A DNA stretch of 64,000 bases, taken from the NCBI RefSeq assembly GCF_006345805.1, contig NC_043011.1, forward strand, positions 39,010,464 to 39,074,463, given 5' to 3'. Position numbers and translations under genes: made by a program. Numbering within the stretch: the first letter of the stretch is position 1; every line of letters begins with the position of its first letter. The notes under the pieces were generated by a model. That model was given only the letters and a program-made list of their open reading frames with translations. It ran no database searches and was not told the origin of the DNA. Source of the DNA: Octopus sinensis (taxonomy: Eukaryota). Below, piece after piece: positions 11,791 to 24,953 of the stretch.

Positions 11791-12379
11791 TTGAGATCTT
11801 GTTCTAAATATATACTTCCTAATGTCAATAGTTAGTGGGTGGCAGGGTTCAGAGTAACTGGGGCTCATTGTTTAATTTTCGGCGGGGGGTGGTGGTGAAT
11901 TTTTGGGGTGTAATGGTTCGGTGGTTGGGTTGCTGCCATAATGATATTTTCACAGCATGGTTTAATTAGTATTCCAATAGTCTATATTTTCTATTTTATT
12001 TTGACTACTACCACCACCACCACCACCACCACCACCACCACCACCTTCTTCATACTATTTTATAAAAGTAGCTTCTGGTTTCTATTAAACTCCATTAATT
12101 TTCTTTTGTTTTTCCATTTTGATGTTTTATAGAGCAATAAATAAGGGTGATTGCTAGAATTGGTAGAGCATCAGACAAAATGAATTTGTGGCATTGGGGC
12201 TACACGCCCTTTTTCATTGTTCTGGATTCCGTCACAAATGTCTCTGGGAGACTGAATTTAAAAAAAAAAAAAAATTTATTTGCTACATTTCATTCTATGG
12301 AGTTTGGAAGAAAAAAAAGAATTAAAAAATTTTTTTGCTGATTCTAATCTAATAATACTTGGAGCAGGGTTGTCACAAA

Positions 12380-12537
12380 CCCATTTCTTTATTACCCACA
12401 AGGGGCTAAATATAGAGGGGACAAACGGATTAAGTCGATTATATCAACCCCAGTGCATAACTGGTACTTAATTTATCGACCCCGAAAGGATGAAAGGCAA
12501 AGTGGACCTCAGCAGAATTTGAACTCAAAACGTAATG
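12380..12537 (-). mobile_element. 5'-truncated SINE family B with 16-bp TSD
   Basis: GCAGGGTTGTCACAAA at 12364-12379 and 12538-12553 flanks a B-family 3' portion. Confidence 0.85.
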
Positions 12538-13376
12538 GCAGGGTTGTCACAAATCATCATCTTCACAACAACAGTATCATTATCATCATCATAGTCTTCA
12601 TCATCTTCACAGCAGCATCATCAACAGTATTATCATCATCACAGTCATCATCATCACCACAACAATATTATCATCATTGTGAATAGCAACAGCAGTATCA
12701 CCATCACTGTCTTAGTCATCACCATCATCATCGTCTTCATAATAACAGCATCGTTGCCATCATCACCATCATTGTCATCTTCATCATCATCATGATTATC
12801 ATTGATCCAAGTATTTCCTGCGTATTACCACAAATCAGAGTGGTGTATGTATGTGTGTGTGTGTGGTGCTAATATTTTAAAGAGAATATTAGTAGGGATA
12901 GTTTTTTTAGTCTTATCATTTTCAAAGCTGTTATTGCCGTGGTTATTTTTGTTTCTCTAATTCCTTCATGGTACCGTTTCGAAACACTGCTATCCATTGT
13001 TTTCAAACTCAGCTATTAACACAGCCACCATTGGCCTGATAACAAACAGATGAACAGATGAACTTACACCCACACAGGACTAGGTTTGAGTATGTATATG
13101 TGTGTATATATATATGTGTGTGTGTGTGTGTGTTCTTGAGTATATATGTGGTTACAAAAACTTTAAAATGTATTACTAAAGATTTATTTATGCGTTTTAC
13201 ATGAACACACACAAGCATGGCTGTGTATTTAAGAGGTTTGCTTCCCAGCCACATGGTCTTGAGTTCAGTTCCACTGCGTGGTACGTGGGGCAACTGTCTT
13301 CTATATAATCATGGCAAAAAATTTGGAACATAGGTGTGAAAATTAGAATTTTTATATTAAATGTCCAAATATATAT

Positions 13377-13419
<43 letters not shown>

Positions 13420-14184
13420 CCAACCCGTGCTAGCGCGGAAACGGACGTTAAACGATGATGATGATGATGATGATATATATGAATTGAATTGTACAATAAA
13501 AAAAATGTTCCAAAGTTTTTGGCCATGATTAACCCCAGTAAACAAACCAGGACTGGGTGTCAAGCGGTGGTGGGGGACAAATACTAAGACACACATACAC
13601 ACATGATGGGCTTCTTTTAGTTTCCATCTACCAAATCCACCCACAGAGCTTTGGTTGGTCTGAAGCTACAGTAGAAAGCACTTGGCCATTGTGCCACACA
13701 GTGGAACTTAACCCAGAACCATCAGTTTCTAAATAGTCAGTTGAACTGCTAGAAATAGCAGTCAGAACTAGTTCAGGTCCTTAAAATTCTTTTGTTTAAC
13801 CCTCCCCACCACAAATACAAAAGCAACAACAACAGAAAACACATTAAATAATGTTGTTTAAGGTATTCTACGTCTATTAAGAAAATAGAAAAAAAGAAAA
13901 TCCCCAGATAGGATGGTCACAACTGGAGCATCTTTGACCATAGATATGCTCAATTAACACTGTCCTGGGGCTAAACAACAAACAGCATTTATTTTTGTCG
14001 CGTAATTCAATAACTGCTGTTATCTTTTCATTGTTTATTGTCTGTGGCATGCTGTAAGTTTTGAATCTTGATATTTGAGAGATAAAATGCTACAAACAGT
14101 TGTTTTTAGTTGTGAGTGTTTGTTTATAGCCTTTGGGTATTGCAACCTGGAGGCAATTATAATGCATTTTTTAAAAATATTTCA

Positions 14185-15300
14185 TAATAATAATAATAAT
14201 AATAATTATTAACACTGAAAAGGAACTGAGGCATAGTGGCTGAGTTCCTTTCGAGTGTTGGGCCTCATGGAAGCGAGGTGGTTGAGTTCGTTTTGAGTGG
14301 CCTGACAGAGGCAAAGTGGCTGGGTTCCTTTTGAGCGGTGGACTTAATAGGAGGCAAAGTGGCCGAGTGCCTTTGAAGCATTGGGCCTCACAGAGGCAAT
14401 GACCAAAACTTTTGGCATTATGTCGTGCTTGAGAAGAAGACCCATCAAGTCAAGAAAAATCACAGTTGTGACAGATACTGGTGTCGTGCAAATGGCACCC
14501 GTGCTGGTGGCACGTAAAAGCACCTTATACACTCTCGGAGTGGTTGGCATTAGGAAGGGCATCCAGCTGTAGAAAACCATGCCAAATCAGACTGGAGCCT
14601 GGTGCAGCCTTCCAGTGGGAGGGGACTAGTTGATTACATCAACCCCTGTGTTTCACTGGTACTTAATTTATTGATCCCAAAAGGATGAAAATGTAAGTCG
14701 ACCGCCAGTGGAATTTGAACTGAGAACGTAAATAATAATAATATAATAATAATAATAATAATCATTAATGCTGGAAAGGAACTGAGGCATAGTGGCTGAG
14801 TTCCTTTCGAGTGTTGGGCCTCATGGAGGCGAGGTGGTTGAGTTCCTTTTGAGTGGCCTGACAGAGGCAAAGTGGCTGGGTTCCTTTCGAGCGGTGGACT
14901 TAATAGGAGGCAAAGTGGCCGAGTTCCTTTGAAGCATTGAGCCTCACAGAGGCAATGACCAAAACTTTTGGCATTATGTCGTGCTTGAGAAGAAGACCCA
15001 TCAAGTCAAGCAAAATCACAGTCGTGGCAGATACTGGTGTCGTGCAAATGGCACCCGTGCTGGTGGCATGTAAAAGTACCTTATACACTCTCGGAGTGGT
15101 TGGCATTAGGAAGGGCATCCAGCTGTAGAAAACCATGCCAAATCAGACTGGAGCCTGGCGCAGCCTTCCAGTGGGAGGGGACTAGTCGATTACATCAACC
15201 CCTGTGTTTCACTGGTACTTAATTTATTGATCCCAAAAGGATGAAAGGGTAAGTCGACTGCCAGCGGAATTTGAACTGAGAACGTAAATAATAATAATAA
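14185..15300. repeat. Tandem duplication, about 556-bp unit (SINE C + SINE B fragment), bounded by (TAA)n
   Basis: AGGAACTGAGGCATAG at 14221 and 14777; the same C/B junction in both units; (TAA)n at about 14185, 14732 and 15287. Confidence 0.92.
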
Positions 15301-15814
15301 TCTTTTCTGCTTTAGGCAGCAGGCCCAAAATTGTAGGGGAGGGGAGGCAGTCAATTAGATTGACCTCAATACGCAACTAGTACTTAATTTATTAACCCCA
15401 AAAGGATGAAAGGTAAAGTCGACCTCGGCAGAATTTGAACTCAGATTGTAATTAATGATAATAATAGTAATGATGATAATAGCTTCAAATTTTGGGATGA
15501 GACCAGCAATTTTTGAGGGGAGGGGGCAGGTCGATTACATCAGCCTCAGTACTCTTATTAATATTTATTTTATTGACTCGCTCCCCTCCAAAAGGATGAA
15601 AGGCACGGTCAACCTCAGCAGAATTTGATCCCAGAATGAAAAGATGGACGAAATGCGCCACTAAGCATTTTTGTGTCTGGTGTGGAAAGGATGAAAGGCA
15701 AAGTGGAATTTGAACTCGGAAGACAGATGGAATGATGCTAAGCATTTTGTCCAATGTGCTCGCAATTCTCTCTGCACATCTCTTTTCTAGTAGTCGTAAT
15801 GATGATGATGATGA

Positions 15815-16210
15815 TCATCATCATCATCATTTAACATCCGTTGTCCATGCTGGCATGGGTTGGACGGTTTGACTGGGCTGGCCTGCTGGAAGGTAGCGCC
15901 ATACTTCAATCTGATTTAGCATGGTTTTCTACAGCTGGATGCCCTTCCTGACACCAACCACTCCAAGAGTGTAATGAGTGCTTTTTCGTGCCACTGGCAT
16001 GGGTGCCATTTGCGTGACACCTGTATCTGCCATGACTGCGATTTTGCTCAATTTGATGGGTCTTTTTCTCAAGCACGACATAATGCCAAATGTCTTGGTC
16101 ATTGCCTCCGTGAGGCCCAATGCTCTAAAGGAACTCAGCCACCTCGTCTCCATGAAGCCCAACACTTGAAAGGAACTCAGCCACTATGCCTCTGAGTTCC
16201 TTTTGAGTGC
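15815..16210 (-). mobile_element. SINE-like family C (subtype matching 14215-15168), inverted
   Basis: Contains the reverse complements of GAGGCATAGTGGCTGAGTTCC and GGCATTATGTCGTGCTTGAGA; (CAT)n terminus. Confidence 0.85.
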
Positions 16211-17029
16211 TAATGATGATGATGATGATAATGATACTAGTAATACCACCACCACCACCACTACTATTACTACTGATAATAATAATAATAATAATAATAA
16301 TTTCAGTTAAAAGGTTTTGTATTTTTTTCATTTTTGATAAACAGATAAACATGAAAAAATAAATAACTAAATAAGTTAATTAAAATAAAATTAGAGATTA
16401 GGTTGCAAGATAGAGAAATAAAATACTTTGAAAACAGTTTGTTAAAAAATATCCCCCCCCCCCCAATTTAAAAAATTTTCTGGTTGTTTTTTTCTTGTAA
16501 ATTGTTAAAAAATTTTTGGAAAAAAGAAACAAAACAAAACGAAAGAAATATAGCCTTCAATTTCAGTGTATTCATTGAAAGTTATGAACAACACCAATTT
16601 CTTGTTTTTCTATTCTTTCTTTTGTTTAGCATTTAAAAACCAATTTTTTTTTTTTTGCTTTCAATATTTAATTTCTTGGTTTCATTTGTATTAAATTGAG
16701 GAGTGCATTGAAATTGGGTTTAAACTGTAATAATACTCACCGAAAAATATAGTTGACAGGTTGTGGACATGAATCATGTGCTGTGTTATATTTGTCATCA
16801 TTGTCATCATTCTCATCGTTGTTGTTGTTATTGTCATTATCCTCATCATTTTTGTTGTCGTTATTGTCATTGTTTCACGTCAGTCTTCTATGCATTATTG
16901 TCATTGTTTCACGTTGGTCTTCCATGCTGGAATGGATCGAATGGTTAGATACAATCCACTAGGTTCAAGGACTGCTCCAATGTCTGCTTTCGCCTGGTTT
17001 CTATGGCCAAATGCTCTAATACCAGCCAT

Positions 17030-17308
17030 TTAACCTTTACGATACCAACCTGGCTGAAACCGCCTCTGGCTCTGTAGTACAAATGTTTTGTTTTCATCAG
17101 TTTTGAATTAAAATCTTCCACCAAACTTTAGTCACGATTTATGCTCTTAACCCTAGCTTAATGATAACTAAATTATTTTACTAAATTCTTTGTTATATTT
17201 AAAATTAATTGAAAGAAACAGATGTCCAACCCATGCTAGCATGGAAAACGGACGCTAAACGATGATAATGATAGCATCTCAAAATAAATACGGCAATGAA
17301 AGGGTTAA
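17030..17308. mobile_element. piggyBac-like MITE with an inserted family C 3' end
   Basis: TTAACCTTTAC...GAAAGGGTTAA termini; GTCCAACCCATGCTAGCATGG...GATGAT insert at about 17224-17272 is absent from the 32307-32545 copy. Confidence 0.8.
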
Positions 17309-17339
17309 CAGAGTTTGTTGGGTGATTGTTTTTTTTTTT

Positions 17340-18337
17340 GTATGAATTGGATGGTTGACAAGATCTGATGGGCCTAAGGACTGCATTGTTCTCTAATGTC
17401 TGCTTTAGCATGATTTCTATGGCCATATGCCCTTCCTAACACCAACCATTTTACAGACCTTGTTGGGTGATATTTTTTGCATGGTACCAGCACTACTTAG
17501 GTTACCTTGCAGCTTGTAAGACTAAGTAAGATTCACTTTGTATGAATAGTGCTAGAGCAGAACAAGGTAACTTTATGGTAAATGAGAGGTTTAAGTATGA
17601 AAGAAGGGGCTAGAACAGAGCAGTTTTTTGTTGTTGTCGTTGTTGTTGTGGAGGTGCTATACTGCTAATCACATTGTTGACGAGTAGTGGAAGTAACTGG
17701 CACGATTTGGATGGTGTGACAAGATCTGATGAGCCCAAATACTGCACTGTCCTCCAGTGTCTGCTTTGGCATTGTTTTTGTGGCAAAATGCTTATCCTAA
17801 CACCAAAACCATTTTACAGTGTATACTGGGTGATTTTGTTTTTGCACGGCAACAGTGCCAGTGACATCACCATACAGCTCACAAGACAAAGTAAGATTTA
17901 CTTTGAATGAGTAAGGCTACAGTAGAGAGGAAGGTGACTTAATATTAGGAGATACAAAGTGTAAAAGAAATATCTAGAGGGGCTAGAAGATAATAGTTTT
18001 CTTTTGGTGGGTGGAAGTAACTGGCTGGATTTGGATGGTTTGACAAGATCCGATAGGTCCAGGGACTGCATTGTGCTCTCCTGTCTGTTTTGGTATGGTT
18101 TCTATGGCTGGGTGCCCTTCCTAATGCCAACAACCTTGGAGTGTTTCTGAGTGACATTTTTTATGTGGCATCAGCACTAGTGAGGTTGCCATGTTTTTTT
18201 ACAATGGATGTTATCTTCACAGCATGTCTAGGAGAGCAGTAACAACACAGGATAAGAATTGACTCAAATATGATGCTTTGACCAACCCAAGTGAACATGA
18301 AAGAAGCATGGAAGAGTGGAAGCTAGGGCTACAGTAA

Positions 18338-18369
<32 letters not shown>

Positions 18370-18400
18370 CTTTAGGCTAGAAGATGAGAGGTTAAAGTAA
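17340..18400. repeat. Old degenerate tandem array, about 330-360-bp unit, family C-derived
   Basis: GACAAGATC(T/C)GAT near 17357, 17717 and 18041; AAGTAAGATT(C/T)ACTTTG near 17524 and 17889. Confidence 0.6.
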
Positions 18401-18717
18401 ATGAAACTGGTCACAGATGAGAATTGAAACCATATTGGCCAGGTGTGTGACATTATTCATCCTCCTCCTTGTGATGATGGTCATCATCATCTCCCCCTTT
18501 TCCACCATAAAACCATCCCCCCACTGTCATTGTCATCAGCAGCAGCTAGGTTACCTGTACAAGCAAATTGCCATATTACTGATGAAGAATATTTTGCATA
18601 CCTGTATGTGGTGGAACTGTCTTCTTCTTGTCAACAACCTGGAATTATTTATTGCCAATTGTTCCTGCTGTCTGTTCGTAGTGTTGATGCTGTTAGGAAT
18701 GTAAAAAGAAAAGAAAA

Positions 18718-18898
18718 TAGGTGCAGGAGTGGCTGTGTGGTAAGTAGCTTGCTTACCAACCACATGGTTCTGGGTTCAGTCCCACTGCGTGGCACCTTGG
18801 GCAAGTGTCTTCTACTATAGCCTTGGACCGACCAAAGCCTTGTGAGTGGATTTGGTAGGCAAAAACTGAAAAGAAGCCCGTCATAATATGTACATGTG

Positions 18899-18935
<37 letters not shown>

Positions 18936-19155
18936 TTGTGTTTACCCCCCCCCCACACACATCTCTCGACAAATGATGCTGGTGGTGTGTTTACGTCCCC
19001 TTAACCTAGCGGTTTGGCAAAAGAGACCGATAGACTAAGTGCTAGGCTTACAAAGAATACGTCCTGGGGTTGATTTTCTCGACTAAAGGCAGTGCTCCAG
19101 CGTGGCTGCAATCAAATGACTGAAACAAGTAAAAGAGAGTGAGAGAGTAAAGAGT
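18718..19155 (+). mobile_element. SINE family A, full length
   Basis: Canonical head, internal (TA)n(TG)n and GTAAAAGAG tail. Confidence 0.9.
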
Positions 19156-19282
19156 ATCACTTGTCATTTCATCTTGGCCTGTTTCATGTCCTTCAGCCAC
19201 CAGCCCCCAGCATTGTATATTTACTCTGTATCTGTTATCTTTTACTTGTTTCAGTCATTAGACTAAGGCCATGCTGGAGCAC

Positions 19283-19485
19283 TGGCTGAATCATTAGCAC
19301 GCTGGACAGATTGCTTAGTGGCATTTCACCATTCGCTATGTTCTGAGTTCAGATTCTGCTGAGGTCGACTTTGCCTTTGATCCTTTCGAGGTCAATAAAT
19401 TACGTACCAGAGAAGCACTGGGGGTTGATGTAATCAACTTAATCCCCACTCCCGAGCTGCCCTTGTGGAAAAAATTTGAAACCAT
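19283..19485 (+). mobile_element. SINE family B
   Basis: GAGTTCAGATTCT B-box-like motif and GGTCGACTTTGCCTTT core. Confidence 0.75.
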
Positions 19486-19589
19486 TATTATTATTATACT
19501 TTCTTGTGTGTGTGTATGCTTTTCAGCACTATACATCATTAGCCAAGATGGGGGGGGGGCTCCTTAGATGAAATATCATTGCTTTAGGC

Positions 19590-19790
19590 CAGTGCTCTTC
19601 AAACTTTTTGCTGGAGAGGAACCCCAAGGAAACATTCCACTGGCTCGAGGAACCCCTGTGCAATAATTTAACAGTCTTATGCACACATATCTGCACAGGA
19701 GAATTAAATATTACTGCCGATTTTAGCATTTTTGTAACTTCTTGCGGAACCCCTGCAATGTACTGGCGGAACCCTGGTTGAAAACCACTG
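19590..19790. mobile_element. hAT (Charlie-like) MITE with perfect 8-bp TSD
   Basis: TIRs CAGTGCTCTTCAA / TTGAAAACCACTG; CTTTAGGC at 19582-19589 and 19791-19798; repeated GGAACCC subterminal motifs. Confidence 0.88.
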
Positions 19791-20682
19791 CTTTAGGCAT
19801 TTAACTACAGTTTAAGGAAACACTTTCCGAAGGTGCCACATAGTAGGACTGACCCAAGAACCATGTGGTTCAATAAGTAAGCATTACATTTGACAGTAAT
19901 CTAAATGCAAAAAGGTTAAGACAGAAGAATATGAACTGAGGGAGATTTGGTTGCTATTTCTAGCAAAATGGGTAACCTACAGAGGTATCCTTCTCCATCT
20001 CTCTATGTAGAAAGGGCAAATGAAACTTTTAACACTGGCAGCAGTGGATTTTGAACCATGGACCTGCTTAATTGGTGATCGGCATGACGGACTGCCATAT
20101 CTTTTCCATCAAGCAGCTGTTCCACGTCTATATGAGATTTATAGGTATTGCGGGGAGGGGGGGACTAGAACATGTTGTATGGTTGTCTGCATCACCGTCC
20201 ACATGGGCGTTAGTGGCATAAATTTAATGAACTGATATGGTTAGGCTCACAACTAAGTTGGAGAGAAGGAGAGGGGGGGGGCGAGGAGGCTTGGAGGAGA
20301 GGAAACTAGTTTGTGAACTTGGTAAATTGCCAAGTGCATACCTTCCTTCTCCTGCAGCGCTAACTGTGGAAATTGTGTGTGTGTGTGTGTATATATGTGT
20401 GTGTGTGTGTATCACGGCATTGGAAAACAGGATATAGAGTGATGATAATGTATATGTGTGCATAATATACATAAATACTATATATATATATATATATGTT
20501 TGTGTGTGTATCTATGTATGAATGTGTGTAAATATATATATATACACACACACACACATGTACACACATTATGTATATATATATATATGTATGTACACTC
20601 ACAGGTCCGAATTTTGTCTAACTACATGTGTATATATGTATACATACAGGCATGTGAATATATCTGTCTATCTATATATATA

Positions 20683-20715
<33 letters not shown>

Positions 20716-21079
20716 GGTGTAAAACAGTAATTACAGCAGCTTCATCTATTAGCAAAAAGCTATAATTTATATCGAAAGCTAATAAAATGAAAAAAGAAAA
20801 CAAAAAAAAAATTGAAAAGCTATAATAATATTAAACGGTGTTTAACATCCTGCAAAACCAGCCTGCATAACGAGATATATGTAAAGGTAGAGAGAAAACT
20901 AAAAATAGAAACTACACACATATATATATATATATGTATATATATATACATAGATGTGCGTGTGTGTGTGGTTTTGTTAAATCTCTGTACAGAAATTCCA
21001 GTTTTTAAATGCTTCATAGAATCCGATGAAAGTATAATGTAAGGCCATTAATTTTATTACTAATTAAAATTATTCCTCT

Positions 21080-21106
21080 TGTAGTAGTTATTATTATTAT
21101 AATTTC

Positions 21107-21143
<37 letters not shown>

Positions 21144-21440
21144 CATTTCTATTATTGTTATTATGTGTCAGCTGTTTTTATGTTTTTTTGCTGTATTATT
21201 ATAATTCTACACCAACAATAACGATTATAATAATAATAATTATAATGATAATAATATTTATTACTTTTCTTATTACTGATATCATTATTGTTGTTATTAC
21301 TATTAGCATCCTTATTAATATTCATTATTGTTATCAGCATTATAGCTATTATTATTTTTCATTATTATTATTATTATTATTATTACTGGTATTAAAGAAA
21401 TTATCCTCATTGTTATCATTGTCGTTATTTATCATTATTA

Positions 21441-21482
<42 letters not shown>

Positions 21483-21710
21483 GCTGTAGTAGTAGTAGTT
21501 GTATCATTATCATACCCATTATTGCTTTAACTGTTATTTCTATTGTGCTAGTTTCAGCGTTCACATAATCATTAATATTATCGTGATATTATCACGATCA
21601 ACACCACCACCACCACCACCATCGCCATCATCGCTACCACTACTACAACTACTACCACCACCACCACCACCACCACCATCATCATCATCATTAGTATCAT
21701 CATACTACTG
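21080..21710. repeat. (ATT)n / (CAC)n / (CAT)n low-complexity tract
   Basis: Direct reading; gives the poly-I and poly-P ORFs. Confidence 0.9.
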
Positions 21711-22357
21711 TATTCACAATCCGTTTGTTGTAGATATAATAAATTTCACAAAAAGAAAAAAAATTCGATGTCAGTACCAATTTAATGAAAACAGAACAGC
21801 TTGATAAGCCAGCAGACAATATCTTTTTCACACCTAGCAAATAGTAGTAGTAGTAGTAGTAGTAGTAGTAATTGTGATACTGTTCATAATGTTAATTGTT
21901 GAAATTGGGTCTGTAAAAAGAAATTGAAAAAAAATTGAAAAATCCGATTTTGTTTTGAAGAATAGATAAGCTAATATAGAGAATTACTATTCTGTTTTTC
22001 AATAGTGGAGGCACTGTCTTGAACTTATTATACCGTCACCATCTTCGTTATCATCATCATTGCCATAATGGTCTGTAACTTTAATCATCATCATCATTAT
22101 CATCATCAACACCGTCTTTTTTGGGGTTTTTAAATATAAATATAATGAGCATCAGAAAATATGTAAATAAGTGATTTTATGGTGTTTCTTGAAACGAGAA
22201 AATAATACTTTTGGAGAAAGATCGAAAGCTATTTGCTAGACTTGAACCATGGATCTTCAACAACCATGACAGACCTGCAACCAGCTGCTCCAAATTCATG
22301 TTCTCTCTTACTCAGCCCTTTTTGTCATCACATTTCTTCTTATATACACTGCTCTTC

Positions 22358-22615
22358 ATCATCATCATCATCATCATTGTTTAACGTCCGTTCTCCATGC
22401 TAGCATGGGTTGGGCGGTTCAACCGGGGATCTGGGAAGCCAGAAGGCTGCACCAGGCTCCAGTCTGATCTGGCAGTGTTTCTACAGCTGGATGCCCTTCC
22501 TCACGCCAACCACTCTGTGCCACCTGCACAGGTGCCAGGCGAGGCTGGCAACGGCCATGATCGGATTGGTGCATTTTACGTGCCACCGGCATGGAAGCCA
22601 GTGGAGGCAGCCCTT
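22358..22615 (-). mobile_element. SINE-like family C
   Basis: (CAT)n terminus and CTACAGCTGGATGCCCTTCC motif. Confidence 0.85.
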
Positions 22616-22866
22616 CAGTTAATTCTGAAACTAATGAAGAATTTACCAAAGAAGCTGGTGTTTGGAACGTAATATGAAATCTTTATGGAAGGTTTTAATT
22701 ACGAATTCTTGAAAACTTCAAGTTTTTATCACAGAAGCAGAGGCAGTCTCAGGCAGGTTGGTGCCAAAAGGATTAAGCCTTTTGCTCCCTATTGGAGTAT
22801 AGGCCATCCACAACTTTCCTTCACTGTTCTTGACTCCGGACTGTCTTTTAAGGCTTTCCTCTCCCA

Positions 22867-23040
22867 GATTTTGTTGGTTGTGAATTGTGGTTGTGTGGTA
22901 AGTACTTCTGCTGACTCTTTCACCACAACTTTCTCTCACCTGAGACAGACTGGTGTCCCATCCAGGTGGAGAACCTACACACCAATGAAGCTGGGAAACC
23001 ATCCCTTATGAGCCAAGCATGGCTTGAGAAGGAACAACAA
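22867..23040 (+). mobile_element. SINE family E, 3' portion
   Basis: Reverse complement of 30590-30760 (CTGCTGACTCTTTCACCACAAC...GAGAAGGAACAA). Confidence 0.75.
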
Positions 23041-23049
23041 TATATATCT

Positions 23050-23514
23050 ATCATCATCATCGTTGAACCTCCGCTTTCCATGCTAGCATGGGTTGGACAA
23101 TTTGACTGAGGACTGGCAAACCAGATGGCTGCACCAGGCTCCAATCTGATCTGGCAGAGTTTCTACAGCTGGATGCCCTTCTTAATGTCAACCACTCCGA
23201 GAGTGTAGTGGGTGCTTTTACCTGCCACCGGCACGAGGGCCAGCCAGGTGGTACTGGTAGCGGCCACGCTCAAATGGTGTGTTTTACGTGCCACCTGCAC
23301 AGGAACCAGTCCAGTGGCACTGGCAACGACCTCGCTCAAATGTCTTTTCACATGCCACCGGCACAAGTGCCAGTAAGGTAACGATCATGCTCGAATGGTA
23401 ATTTTTCCATGCCACTGGCATGGAAGCCAGTCAGCTGGTCTGGCAATGATCACGTTTGGATGGTGCTCTTAGTGCTCCACTAGCACAGATGCCAGCCATT
23501 GAATTTGAATCGCA

Positions 23515-23515
<1 letters not shown>
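23050..23515 (-). mobile_element. SINE-like family C with diverged internal units
   Basis: (CAT)n terminus; about 5 diverged TTTACGTGCCACC-type units. Confidence 0.85.
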
Positions 23516-23566
<51 letters not shown>

Positions 23567-23574
23567 ATATATAT

Positions 23575-24434
23575 ATAGATGAACATCAATGGAATTTGTA
23601 TCTTGTGGTACCAGTGCCTGTGGCACACAAGAAATCCATCAGTGCCGTAGTCAGTGCGGTGGGCACATGACAAACACCATCCGATCGTGGCCGTTCGCCA
23701 GCCTCATCTAGCACCTGTGTCGGTGGCACATAAAAACACCATCCGAAGACCCGGCAAGACTAGTCAGGCCATAACCCATGGCCCCTACCTGGGACGTAGT
23801 CAGTCCACCTGTGCATACCTTCCTTCTTGTGACACTTGTGAAGACCTGTTGAGGCAAGTGAAAATCAAATCAAATCAAAACAAATCAAAATAGATGAACA
23901 TCAATGGAATTTGTATCTTTGTGGTACCAGTGCCGGTGGCACGTGGCACATAAGAAAACCATCCGAACGTGGCCGTAGCCAATACCGCATCGACTGGCCT
24001 CCATGCTGTGGGCACGTAACAAGCACCATCCGATCGTGGCCGTTTGCCAGCCTCATCTGGCACCTGTGTCGGTGGCACATAAAAACACCATCCGAGCGTG
24101 GCCGTCTGCCAGCCTCGTCTGGCACCTGTGTCGGTGGCACATAAAAACACCATCCGAGCGTGGCCGTCTGCCAGCCTCGTCTGGCACCTGTGTCGGTGGC
24201 ACATAAAAAACACCATCCGAGCGTGGCCGTTTGTCAGCCTCGTCTGGCACCTGTGTCGGTGGCACATAAAATCACCCACTACACTCTCGGAGTGGTTGGC
24301 GTTAGGAAGGGCATCCAGCTGTAGAAACACTGCCAGATCTGACTGGACTGGTGCAGCTTTCGGGCTCCCCAGACCCCAGTTGAACCGTCCAACCCATGCT
24401 AGCATGGAAAGCGGACGTTAAATGATGATGATGA

Positions 24435-24437
<3 letters not shown>
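23575..24437 (+). mobile_element. SINE-like family C, long copy preceded by a partial duplicate
   Basis: Ends GGAAAGCGGACGTTAAATGATGATG; four ~61-bp units; GATGAACATCAATGGAATTTGTATC occurs at both about 23578 and 23893. Confidence 0.88.
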
Positions 24438-24470
<33 letters not shown>

Positions 24471-24953
24471 AGAGAGAGAGAGAGAGACTCAGTTCTGTCT
24501 GACTTCCACCAAGATTAATTTATAGTCTTGTGCCAAAGATACCTTTAATATTGGTTTCAAATTTTAGCACAAGGCCAGCAAGTTTGATGGAGGGAGTAAG
24601 CCAATTACATCAATTGCAGTATTCAACTGCTACTTACAGACTCTGAAATGATGAAAGGCAAAGTCGAAACCAGCGGAATTTGAACTCTGAATGTAAAGAC
24701 AGATGAAATGCCACTATGCCATTTTGCCTGGCTGACCTCTCTGCCAGCCTGCTTCTTCAAAGATCCTGTTAATATTATTGATTGTTTGTCCGTGAATCAA
24801 TGATTTGTTAGTATTGGTGAGTTATTGATTTTCTTTTCTTAATGCCCCAGCTGTCTGGTTTGCAAGGGCCTAAGGGTATTAGGAACATATAAGCGCACAG
24901 ATGTTAGATTTTGCATTCCGCCATCATTCCAACATGTTTGTGGCCAGATTGGG

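Noticed and set aside
11247-11868. Y/I/H/T/C/V-rich ORFs here and at 38, 44-45 and 58-62 kb
   Set aside because: Dinucleotide microsatellite translations.
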